In this document: positions 30,977-42,426 of the stretch, one piece after another
How positions within the stretch are numbered: position 1 is the stretch's first letter
Layout of the letters: each line of letters opens with the position of its first letter
NCBI GenBank assembly: GCA_016703425.1
Contig: JADJCA010000011.1
Location: forward strand, 250,050-314,049
DNA: 64,000 bases
Source of the DNA: Myxococcales bacterium
Lineage (GTDB): Bacteria; Myxococcota_A; Polyangia; Polyangiales; Polyangiaceae
Direction of reading: 5' to 3'
Program-made: the position numbers and the translations under genes
The notes under the pieces: generated by a model
The model's input: only the letters and a program-made list of their open reading frames with translations
What the model was told of the DNA's origin: nothing
Databases searched by the model: none

Positions 30977-32171
30977 ATGCGGTTTAGTGCTCGTCGCGCC
31001 ATAGAGCGCTCATGCTCGTTGGACGACCTCGACGACGTCCAGGGCGGATGCCATCACCCGAAGATCGAGGACAGCATCGAGATCGACAACGGTGGTCTAG
31101 GCATCTTCGGCCCCAACCAACAACCCTTCTTCGGCGGCGGCATCGGCGTCGGTGGACCTTCGCCGCTCGTCCCCGCGGGCAGCTTGCCCGTGAACGGCAT
31201 CGGTCCCAACGGCGGCCTCGGCGTGCTCGGCAGCGGGCTCCATGGGCCCAACGGCGAAGCCATCGTCGGCTTCGGTCCTCACGGCGAACCGCTCGGCGGA
31301 GTCGGTGGCGTTTTTGGGCCCGACGGTCAGGTCATCGGCGGCATTCCCGGTATGGGTCCGCTCGGAGGTTCACCCTTGAACGGCGCCGGTGTCGTGGGCG
31401 GCTCGCCGCTCGGGGTTGGCGGAGTCGGCGGCGTTGGCAACTTCGCTCCGAACGATTGGAATGGCGCGCTTCAGGCCGTTCATCAGAACGGCGCGAACGG
31501 CGGCGGTGCTGGCGTGGTCGGCGGCGTGGTCGGCGGCGTGCCTGGTGGGGGGGTCTTTGGTGCGGGAGGCAGCGCGCACCCGCTTGGCGATCTAGGTGCC
31601 TTTCGCGCCCAACGCTGGAGCGGGGTTGGGTGCCGCGGGAAATCCGGGAATGATGTACCCGCCCGGTAGCGGCATGGGCGCCGGCAACGGCGTGGGGCCC
31701 GGAGGTGGCCTCGGCGATCTCGGAGCCTTCGGCGTCGGCGGCGCGGGCGCTAACGGTGGAGTCTTCGGTCCGCTCGGCGTCGGTGCGAACGGAGGCGTCT
31801 TCGGCGCACCGGGCGCTCCCGGCGGAGGCATTCTCGGCGTCATCGGCGATCCGAACGGACTCGGCGGCGGCGTTGTGAACGCGGGCGGCATCTTCGGCAA
31901 CGGCGGAGCCGGCGGCGCAGGCGGCATCTTCGGTGCACCGGGCGCGCCCGGCGGAGGCATCTTCGGTGTCGGCGGCAACGGCGGCATCTTCGGCGTCGGT
32001 GCGAACGGTGGCGTGTTCGGTGCGCCGGGCACGGTGAACGGCGGCGGCGTGGGCGCGTCGGGCAACTCGTGGGACGGCTTCTCGCCGAGCAACGGCGTGG
32101 GCGCATCGGGCAACACGGGACTCGCGAATCCGTTCGCGGCGTACGCGCCGTCAGCGGCGATCCCCAAGTGA
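30977..32171 (+). CDS. Glycine-rich repeat protein with N-terminal double-glycine (GG) leader; candidate PCAT cargo; apparent +1 frameshift near 31596-31605
   Basis: GGAGGAA Shine-Dalgarno 5 nt before ATG 30977. Leader MRFSARRAIERSCSLDDLDDVQGG fits the LSxxELxxIxGG consensus (L-7, acidic -8/-9, V-4, GG-1/-2). The body is about 400 aa of GG(I/V)FG, GPNGG and LGDLGAF repeats. The frame-2 ORF (30836..31669) and frame-0 ORF (31596..32171) are both Gly-rich and share the LGDLGAF motif, so they form one gene interrupted by a single-base indel. Confidence 0.55.
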
Positions 32172-32327
32172 TCGAGGCGCGCGCGCTGTAGCGGCGGGCC
32201 CGCTGCGGCGCGCGCGAGCTTGGTCGCACAACCAGGAGCAACGCCTCGCGCTCACCGCGTCGAGGCAGTTTTCAAAGAAACCAGGCACGTCACGACGAGG
32301 CTTCCGAGAGCCACGAGAGACGCGGGA

Positions 32328-32380
32328 GTGTGGGACGGCGCCGCCCATCCACGGGGCGGGTTGGCGGCGTCGTCCCACAC
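32328..32380. repeat. 18-bp imperfect inverted repeat (stem-loop) between the cargo gene and tolC-like gene
   Basis: GTGTGGGACGGCGCCGCC, a 17-nt loop, then GGCGGCGTCGTCCCACAC; 17/18 complementary. No downstream T-run. Confidence 0.5.
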
Positions 32381-32603
32381 TTCCGCGTGTCGTCTCCACG
32401 CCGAGACAACGATCCGTCCTTGTACGGGTGGTTTCTCGGCGTGGATCATTTTGTCCTCTGCGAAGGCTTTCTTCTCGCAAAATTCGTAAGTCATTCTGTA
32501 CGCTTACATTATGCTACCGAGCCGCGTTCTCAGGTCCTTCTCGTGGGCCCTTCGTTTGCAGCAGTCGTGTGCAGTGTCTGCGAATTCAGCAAAATGGCTC
32601 GGC

Positions 32604-33971
32604 ATGCTCGGAGCGCTCGCGGTGTGCGCGACCACGAGCGTTGCGCGCGCAGAGACGCTGACGTTGGCTCAGGCGATCGAGATGGGGCTCTCGAAATCGC
32701 CGACCCTCCGCGGGGCGCGCGCTCGAACCGCAAGTGCCGACGCAAGTGTGACGGCCGCTCAAGGAGGCTATTGGCCGCGCTTCGACGGTACGATCACAGC
32801 CGGAAGCGGCTCGTTTCAACCCATGGCGCAGGGCGTAGTCACCGACACGAAGGCCACGGGTTTCCCGACCCAAACGAGTCGCTCGGTCCAGTACACCTAT
32901 GGCATTCGCGCCGAGGCCGGCCTCCGGTGGACACTTTGGGACTTCGGCAAGACCTCGAACAATGTAGGCGCATCGGAGGCAGGCCTCCGCGGAGCCGCGG
33001 CGAACGAAAAAGAGTCCGTGGCCCAGACCAGCGCACTAGTTGCTAACGCGTACCTCACGTTGTTTCATCAAGAGAAGTTGCTCGAAGTCGCCAAAGCCAC
33101 GCTCTCGTCGCGTGAGGACCTCTTCAAGATCGCCAAGGGCCTCGTCAAGGCGGGCATCCAGCCCCCCGTCGAGGAGCTCCGGTCCGAGGCTCGCTTCGAA
33201 GGAGCCCAACGCGATTTCGCGCGCGCTCGCGCCGAGGCCGAGCAAGCGCGGATGAGCCTTGCGATCGTCCTCGGCCACGACACCCCGACCGCACTGCGGG
33301 TCGTGACCCCGAAGCTGCCTCGCATCTCCCTCGAGCTCAACGCGGCGATGAAGGAAGCGGAGAAGCGCCCCGCCATCACCGCCGCCGAACAGGCCTACGA
33401 GTTCAACAAGAGCCGGGCTGACGCGACGATCGCGCAATACTTCCCCACCCTCTCCGCGCAAGGAACGCTGGCCTACAGCTATTCGGCCAGCGATCCACCG
33501 AGTGGCACGAACGTTCGCTTGGACCAAACCACGGAGCTGCGCAGCGGCACGGGCTCGATTGTCCTCGGCGGTCCGCTCTGGGACCCGTCGCAGAGCGCCG
33601 CCGTAGACAAGGCTCGCGCCGACGCCGCTGCCGCCGAAGCGAGCATCGACGACACGAAGCGTGACGTGAAGTCAGAGGCCGCGCGGTCCGCGATTCAGGT
33701 CAAGCTGGGCCAGGCGCAGCTCGAGCACGCTCGGCTCGCCGAAGAACGCGCGGGCCAGGTGCGCATGGTCATCGAGGAGCGCTACAAGCGCGGCCTCTCA
33801 AACCCGCTCGAGCTCATCGACGCCGAAGACTCGGATCTTTCGGCGCGCATCTCGCGCATTCAAACGGAGCTCGACTATCAGCTCGCCATCGTGCGCCTCT
33901 GCGTCGCGACGGGCCGACCCATCGTCGACGACGCGGACAAGCCCTCCAAGAGCTCGAAGGATTCGCCATGA
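32604..33971 (+). CDS. TolC-like outer membrane efflux protein (OMF)
   Basis: Internal ATG at 32604 gives signal MLGALAVCATTSVARA. Two OEP repeats with the typical pattern (LTLAQAIEMGLSKSPTLRGARA ... YWPRFDG ... QYFPTLSAQGTLAYSY). Confidence 0.7.
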   Translation: MLGALAVCATTSVARAETLTLAQAIEMGLSKSPTLRGARARTASADASVTAAQGGYWPRFDGTITAGSGSFQPMAQGVVTDTKATGFPTQTSRSVQYTYGIRAEAGLRWTLWDFGKTSNNVGASEAGLRGAAANEKESVAQTSALVANAYLTLFHQEKLLEVAKATLSSREDLFKIAKGLVKAGIQPPVEELRSEARFEGAQRDFARARAEAEQARMSLAIVLGHDTPTALRVVTPKLPRISLELNAAMKEAEKRPAITAAEQAYEFNKSRADATIAQYFPTLSAQGTLAYSYSASDPPSGTNVRLDQTTELRSGTGSIVLGGPLWDPSQSAAVDKARADAAAAEASIDDTKRDVKSEAARSAIQVKLGQAQLEHARLAEERAGQVRMVIEERYKRGLSNPLELIDAEDSDLSARISRIQTELDYQLAIVRLCVATGRPIVDDADKPSKSSKDSP

Positions 33972-34944
33972 GCGGGGGCGGCGCCGGTGACATGTTTCGC
34001 GCCGAAGCCGTGGCGCACCACGTCCAGGGCGTCCAGGAAGGCGACATCCTTCGCTACGACCACACGTGGACGCGTCACGCGTACACGCTCGTGGTCATCG
34101 CGTGCCTCGTCGGCTTCGCCTTCATCAGCATCTTCAGCGTCGACGAGTGGGCCACCGGCACATGCGTCGTCCGCATCGACGGTCGGCAGGTGTTGACCGC
34201 GAAGAACCCCGCGACGGTGGACACCGTTGAGGGCCGCACGGGCCAGGCCGTTGAACCCGGCCAGGTCATCGTCATGATGAACGCGCAAGAAGAGGCGAAG
34301 GAGTACGCCAGCGCAACGAAAGAGTTCGAGCTCGCCCTGGTGCGCATGATGCGCGATCCGAACGACGGCGAAGCGAAGGCCAACCTCACGAGCCTGAGGG
34401 CGCGCCGCGAGAGTTCGAAGACGGTTTTCGACGCTCGCCGCATCGTCTCGCCCATCTCCGGGACCATCACGGATGTGCGCGTTCGTCCGGGCCAACGCGT
34501 CAACCCGGGCGATGTCCTCGCGACCGTCGCGCCGAAGTCCGGCGGCTCGCAAGCCTCGATCACGGCCATCGTGCCCGCCGACTACCGACCCATGCTGGAG
34601 CCGGGCCAGAAGATGCGCTTCGAACTCGACGGCTTCCGCTACATCTACGCCGACTTGAAGGTGGAGGAGATCTCCGCCGAGGCTGTGGGTCCCACCGAGG
34701 TCATGCGCATGCTCGGCCAAGAGAAGGCCGACTCCGTCGCCCAAGACCGCGGCGCGAAGGTCCTCGTGTCGGCGAAGCTTCCGTCGTCCACCTTCACGTC
34801 GGAAGGCCAGGCCTTTGGCTATTTCGACGGCCTCACCGGCACCGCCGAGATTCGCGTGCGCCGTGAGCCCATCTTGGTGCTCCTCATCCCGGCGCTCCGC
34901 GCGCTCCTCCCCAACGAGGCTCTCGTGAAAATGCCGGGTGCATC

Positions 34945-34948
<4 letters not shown>
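33968..34948 (+). CDS. HlyD/CvaA-family membrane fusion protein (type I / peptide-bacteriocin secretion adaptor)
   Basis: ATGA overlap with tolC. N-terminal FRAEAVAHHV...W pattern (the CvaA-like FRxEA motif), then one TM, a coiled-coil and beta-barrel regions; 326 aa. Confidence 0.65.
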
Positions 34949-37733
<2,785 letters not shown>

Positions 37734-37755
<22 letters not shown>

Positions 37756-38102
37756 GCAGCCGGCCGCCGACGCCGAGTGCGCCGCCGCAGGGCGCGATGC
37801 CCGGTGCTGTCATCGGCTCGCGGCCGCCGCCGTCGCTTCACTTTGGCGACGAGCACGCGACCCTCGCGCGCGGGCCCAAGCCGCCGTTGCCGCCGCCCCG
37901 CGGCAGCACGCCGCCGGGCCAAAGCCGCGCGCCCACCGGAGCGCAGACGACGGCGGGCCGCGACGTGCGCCCACCGGCGCTCCGCGCCATCGGCGGCGGT
38001 GCCACGCCCGATGGCGGAGGGGCGCAGTTTGAGGCGGCCGACGATGCGCCGACGCTCAGCGAGAAACAGTTCGAGAACCTCTGGAGGTCGTCGGCCGGAT
38101 GA
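37734..38102 (+). CDS. Pro-rich 122-aa ORF; either a separate small protein or the frameshifted continuation of the PCAT tail
   Basis: It shares the PQGAM motif with the PCAT tail. The reading frame upstream of its ATG encodes AQERALAQAQMEAQQ (same style as the tail). Its stop overlaps the next gene start (ATGA). Confidence 0.3.
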
Positions 38103-39055
38103 AACATTCCACTCTTCTCAAGTTGGTCGGAATCGTGGCGACCGTTCTTGGGGCGCCGCTGCTCGGCGTCTTGATGACGCCCAAACGCGAGAACGTCGCG
38201 AAGGCCGAGGAGGCGCAGACGGAAGCGGTGACGTCGGCGACGGCGGCGGCCAAGCCCATTCCCACCAGCGATTTCGTCGGCGTGCTGCTTTCGCAGCAGA
38301 TGGCCACCATCTCGTCGTACGCCGACAGCCGCGTGATGTCGCTTGAGGTCAAAGTCGGTCAGCGCATCCACAAGGGACAGAAGCTCGTCGTCCTCGACCC
38401 TCGCTCGACGCAGCAAGAGCTCGAAGGCGCCAAGGGCGCGCTCGCCGCCGCCGGCGGCCAGGCCGGCGCCGCGGCCGCCGAGGCCCGCTTCGCGAGCCAA
38501 CGGGCCAACCGAAGAAACGAGACCATCGACCTCGGCGGCGGACGAAAGATGTCCCTCGTCTCCGGCGAAGATCAGGGCCAGGCGCTCTCCGACCGCGCCG
38601 CCGCAGCGGGACGTGCAGCCTCCGCGGCAGGCTCGATGGCGCAGGCGCGCGCACGGATCAAGCAGCTCGAGCTCGCCCTCGAGAACATGGAGCCGATGGC
38701 GCCCTTCGACGGCGTCGTGCAGCAGATCATGGTCGAGACCGGAACGACGATTCACAACGGCCAGCCGCTCGTTCGGCTCGTCGGTGGCCAAGGGCTGCGC
38801 GCAAAGATCGCGATCCCGGAGGAGGCCGCTGGCGTTTGGCAAGGCCGTCGACGCGCGCAGCTCGACGTCGACATTCAAGGCCAGACGCGCACATTTTGGG
38901 CGGTCATCGATCAGGTGGCCCCGGAGGTTGAACCGGCCTCACGCTCCTTCTTCATTGAGGGACCAGTACCGGTGACGCCAGAAATGTGCGGCGGCGATTG
39001 CGTGATGCTCGGTGGGCGACCTGTGAAAGCGAGCCTCATTTCCGACAAGGAGTGA
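38099..39055 (+). CDS. Second periplasmic adaptor / HlyD-family membrane fusion protein
   Basis: N-terminal TM (LLKLVGIVATVLGAPLLGVLM); biotin-lipoyl-like hairpin (MSLEVKVGQRIHKGQKLVVLD ... FDGVVQQIMVETGTTIHNGQPLVRLV); beta-barrel C-terminus. Confidence 0.55.
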   Translation: MKHSTLLKLVGIVATVLGAPLLGVLMTPKRENVAKAEEAQTEAVTSATAAAKPIPTSDFVGVLLSQQMATISSYADSRVMSLEVKVGQRIHKGQKLVVLDPRSTQQELEGAKGALAAAGGQAGAAAAEARFASQRANRRNETIDLGGGRKMSLVSGEDQGQALSDRAAAAGRAASAAGSMAQARARIKQLELALENMEPMAPFDGVVQQIMVETGTTIHNGQPLVRLVGGQGLRAKIAIPEEAAGVWQGRRRAQLDVDIQGQTRTFWAVIDQVAPEVEPASRSFFIEGPVPVTPEMCGGDCVMLGGRPVKASLISDKE

Positions 39056-39091
39056 GCCCGCGCGCCGCCACGTGCGATACTCCATGTCGCC

Positions 39092-40456
39092 GTGACGACC
39101 CGCGAAGCAGGCGCCCTGGTGGCAGGACGGTACCGGCTCGAGCGACCGCTCGGCGCCGGTGGGATGGGCGAGGTGTGGGTCGCGACGAACATCGTGACGT
39201 CGGGCCGCGTCGCCTTGAAGTTCTTGAAGCCCGAATACGCCAAGGTGCCCGATCTGCGGCTGCGCTTTGTGCGTGAGGCGCGCGCCGCGAGCGCCGTGAG
39301 TCACCCGAACATCGTCACGGTTCACGATGTGCTCGACCTCGACAGCGAGTCGCCAGTGATGGTCATGGAGCTGCTGCAGGGCGAGGCCCTGAGCGAGCGA
39401 CTCGCGCGCGAGCGAGCGTTGACGCTCGGCGAGGTCGCTCGCCTGCTCGTGCCCGCGCTCCACGGACTTCAGGCGGCCCATCGGGCCGGGATCGTTCATC
39501 GCGACCTCAAGCCCGACAATCTCTTCATCGTGCGGCATCCCGACGGGACCGAACAGACCAAGGTGCTCGACTTCGGCATCGCGAAGATGGTCGCCGCCGG
39601 CGAAGAGGACGTGGGAGGCGCGCTGACCAAGACGGGCGCCATGATGGGAACGCCCTATTACATGTCGCCGGAGCAGGCCTTCGGCGAAAAGAGCATCGAC
39701 CATCGCTCGGACGTTTGGTCGATGGGCATCATCTTCTACCAGTGCTTGACGGGCATCCTGCCTACGGAAGCGGGCAATTTTGGCCAGATCGTGAAGATCA
39801 TCACGATGCTGGGCATTCCTCCCATCGGCGAGCGCGCGCCGTCGTTGCCGTCTGACGTCGCCTCCGTCATCACGCGTATGTTGTCGCGCCTTGCCGCTGA
39901 CAGGCCCGCCGATCTCGCGGACGTGGCCGCCATCCTGCAACCCTACGGCTCGGGAAGCGTCGCCGACACCAAGTACGTCGTCGCCGTCGCGGGAAAGATG
40001 CCCTCGTCGGGGCAAGGTCGGGCGCTGACGGCGCCGAGCTCCAACGGCATGGCGGCGTCCCTCGTCGAGCCGCCCCTCGTCTCACGACGGTGGGCCTGGT
40101 GGTTGATGGGGGGCGTGGCCACGCTTAGCGCGGTCACGCTGGCTGTCCAGCAGCGCGGCGCCACGACGACCAGCCCCCTGCAGCCGCCCGCAAGCACGGC
40201 GCAAGTGATGGCCGCTCCACCGGAAGCGAAGACCATCATGCCGCTTGCGGAACTCGCTGAGCGAGACGCGAGCGCGCCCGATACCGGTGCAACGACGACG
40301 CGCTTGCCGGTTAAGCTCGTGGCCAAACCGGAGGCGACGCTCGCGTCACCGGTTCGACCGCAGGCATCGAACGCGCCCTCGCCGAAGGCAGCAGAGGGTG
40401 CGACGCCCGCTGGGAGCGGACGCGTGTCCGACCGCCTCGCGCCAGCGCCCTTCTGA
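39092..40456 (+). CDS. Ser/Thr protein kinase (active, Hanks-type) with C-terminal TM and Pro/Ala-rich region
   Basis: GAGGMGEVW glycine loop; VALKFL lysine; HRDLKPDNLF catalytic loop; DFGIAK; GTPYYMSPE. TM WWLMGGVATLSAVTLAV follows. Confidence 0.75.
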   Translation: MTTREAGALVAGRYRLERPLGAGGMGEVWVATNIVTSGRVALKFLKPEYAKVPDLRLRFVREARAASAVSHPNIVTVHDVLDLDSESPVMVMELLQGEALSERLARERALTLGEVARLLVPALHGLQAAHRAGIVHRDLKPDNLFIVRHPDGTEQTKVLDFGIAKMVAAGEEDVGGALTKTGAMMGTPYYMSPEQAFGEKSIDHRSDVWSMGIIFYQCLTGILPTEAGNFGQIVKIITMLGIPPIGERAPSLPSDVASVITRMLSRLAADRPADLADVAAILQPYGSGSVADTKYVVAVAGKMPSSGQGRALTAPSSNGMAASLVEPPLVSRRWAWWLMGGVATLSAVTLAVQQRGATTTSPLQPPASTAQVMAAPPEAKTIMPLAELAERDASAPDTGATTTRLPVKLVAKPEATLASPVRPQASNAPSPKAAEGATPAGSGRVSDRLAPAPF

Positions 40457-40468
40457 TACCTTTGCCCC

Positions 40469-41467
40469 GTGCGCGTCGCCACCGGCCTCTTCGTGTTAGC
40501 CATGACGCTCGCGGTGACGGGCGCCTCGGCGCAAGACGACGACAAGAAGACGCAGGCGCGCACCGAGTTTCAGCGCGGCAGCGAGCTCGCGAAGGCGGAG
40601 TCTTGGGCGGACGCACTCGCGGCGTTCCAGCACTCGCACGAGCTCTTGGCGCACCCAAGCACGCTCTTCAACATCGGCATGTGCGAGCGCGTCCTCGGTC
40701 GCTTCACGCGAGCGCGCGAGAACATGAAGCGCGCCCTTGCCGACGCGTCGCTACCGGCGTCCCTGGCCGAGGAGGCGCGCACCTATCTCGCGGAGATCGA
40801 GCGCCTCTTGGCGCACGTCGAGGTCGAGCTGTCGCCGGCCGAGGCCGGCATCGCCGTCGATGGGAGGCCGCTCTTTACGGAGACAAGCGCGGCGGGCGGG
40901 AGCGCGCCGGTGCTCATCGCTGGCCTTCGGCCGGCGGCGCCCGGCGAGTCTGCCCCTAGCAGCTCGTTTGAGCTCGTCGCCGACCCAGGGACGCGCGTCA
41001 TTGTCCTGTCTCGCAAGGGCTTCCGAGACATCGTTCGGCAGGAGCGCCTAGCGCCGGGCGCGCGGACGAAGCTGAAGCTGGAGCTCGAACGTCTGCCCGC
41101 CACCTTGCGCATCGAGGCCAACGTCGGTGCGGCGACCGTTCGCGTCAACGACGTCGATGTCGGCGCCGCGCCGCTTGAGGTCTCGCGCCCGGCTGGCATC
41201 TACCGCGTCGTCGTTCACAAGCCCGGGTTCGTGCCCCACGAGATGAACGTGACCGTCGGCCCCGGCGACGAGGCGAAGGTTGATGCCTCGCTCGCGGAAG
41301 AGCGCGTCCCGGTCACGAAGCGGTGGTGGTTCTGGGCCGGCGCGGCGGGCGTTCTGGCCGGCGGCGCCGCCCTAACGTACGCCCTCACGAGGCCAGAGCC
41401 CTCCCCTCCTCCCTACAACGGCGGCAGCACCGGTTGGGTCGTCGGTGGGCAATCGCTGCGCTGGTAG
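40469..41467 (+). CDS. Secreted PEGA-domain protein with TPR-like N-terminus and C-terminal TM anchor
   Basis: Signal peptide MRVATGLFVLAMTLAVTGASA; PEGA-like motif YRVVVHKPGFVPHEMNVTVGPGDEAKV; C-terminal TM WWFWAGAAGVLAGGAAL. Confidence 0.5.
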   Translation: MRVATGLFVLAMTLAVTGASAQDDDKKTQARTEFQRGSELAKAESWADALAAFQHSHELLAHPSTLFNIGMCERVLGRFTRARENMKRALADASLPASLAEEARTYLAEIERLLAHVEVELSPAEAGIAVDGRPLFTETSAAGGSAPVLIAGLRPAAPGESAPSSSFELVADPGTRVIVLSRKGFRDIVRQERLAPGARTKLKLELERLPATLRIEANVGAATVRVNDVDVGAAPLEVSRPAGIYRVVVHKPGFVPHEMNVTVGPGDEAKVDASLAEERVPVTKRWWFWAGAAGVLAGGAALTYALTRPEPSPPPYNGGSTGWVVGGQSLRW

Positions 41468-41468
41468 C

Positions 41469-42371
41469 TCAGAAGCCGCAGGCGTCGCGGCAGCGAGCCT
41501 GCTGGCAGAGTGAAAAGACTCCGTATTCGGGCAGCCTGGTCGATGCCTCGTTGCACTTCTCGCTGCACGACTCGTTGCCCTTGCAGTCGAGGCTACAGGC
41601 ATCGGCGCGGGCGACCTCCGGCAAGGCGTGCCATGTTGCGAACTCGTCACCGCAGCGGTCAAACCAACACGCGACGCAAGGGTCCAGACGGCTCGGATCG
41701 TCGAGGCAATCGCGCGCGCAAGAGACGTTGACGCACGCCAGGTATTCGCCGTAACGCGGGATGCCGGCGGGAATGCGATCAAAACACGATGTGAAGGTGT
41801 TCTCGTCGCAGTACGTGCACCCGAGCATCGACTTGCAGGCGACGTCATTCTCACAGGCTCTTCGACTCTCGCAGCAACGTGAAACCATGCACGCGCGACA
41901 GCGAACGCGCCCTGGTGTCTCCGTCGGTGGCGCGGTGCAAGAAGCCCGGTCCACGCGGTAGAAGTCATCGACCCCGGAGCAGGCGTCGTCGAGCAAGGGA
42001 TGGGCGCTCTTGCCCGACGGGCAACCGTTGCAGCTGCTCCGCGCCGAGGCGCGACAGCGAGAAAGATCCGCCGCCGCGCTCTCTGCCGCCGAGCCTTTGG
42101 GCTGGGGACATGTGTCGGCGCAGGCTCCGCCGTCTTCGCAGGACCGCGAGGCGCAGCGGTCCCACGCGGCGCACGTCGGCTCAGCGTTGCATCGCGAGGT
42201 GGCGAAGGCACAGCTTGCGGCGAGGCACGTGCCGCACGCGTCGAGAGGCGCCGCGCTCGCGTCGTCGCGATCGAGTGCGCCGGAGGGGTCACCGGTCGTG
42301 CGAGCGCAGGCCGTGGCCACGCCCATGAGCGCCGCGACCACCGCGAGGCCGCGACCCCGCCACGAGGGCAT
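41469..42371 (-). CDS. Cysteine-rich secreted/lipoprotein, function unknown (about 40 Cys in 300 aa)
   Basis: Convergent to the PEGA gene. Internal ATG at 42371 gives signal MPSWRGRGLAVVAALMGVATACA. The body has many CxxC/CxxxC pairs. Confidence 0.4.
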   Translation of the reverse strand: MPSWRGRGLAVVAALMGVATACARTTGDPSGALDRDDASAAPLDACGTCLAASCAFATSRCNAEPTCAAWDRCASRSCEDGGACADTCPQPKGSAAESAAADLSRCRASARSSCNGCPSGKSAHPLLDDACSGVDDFYRVDRASCTAPPTETPGRVRCRACMVSRCCESRRACENDVACKSMLGCTYCDENTFTSCFDRIPAGIPRYGEYLACVNVSCARDCLDDPSRLDPCVACWFDRCGDEFATWHALPEVARADACSLDCKGNESCSEKCNEASTRLPEYGVFSLCQQARCRDACGF

Positions 42372-42426
42372 CGGACGAAACGAGGGGCCTACCATCGCCG
42401 AGAAAGACTGGTATCACATCGAGTCG

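Noticed and set aside
31592-32167. 191-aa proline-rich minus-strand ORF (PPAPPAPPLPKMPP...)
   Set aside because: It is the exact reverse complement of the GGN-rich cargo gene, so Gly codons read as Pro on the other strand. It has no independent start or RBS signal and is an antisense ghost.
32252-32494. 80-aa minus-strand ORF beginning MTYEFCEKKAFAEDKMIHAEKPP in the cargo-tolC spacer
   Set aside because: It spans the 18-bp inverted repeat, which makes mirror ORFs on both strands (a plus-strand twin at 32220..32489). It has no RBS, and its low GC reflects the AT-rich promoter patch rather than coding.
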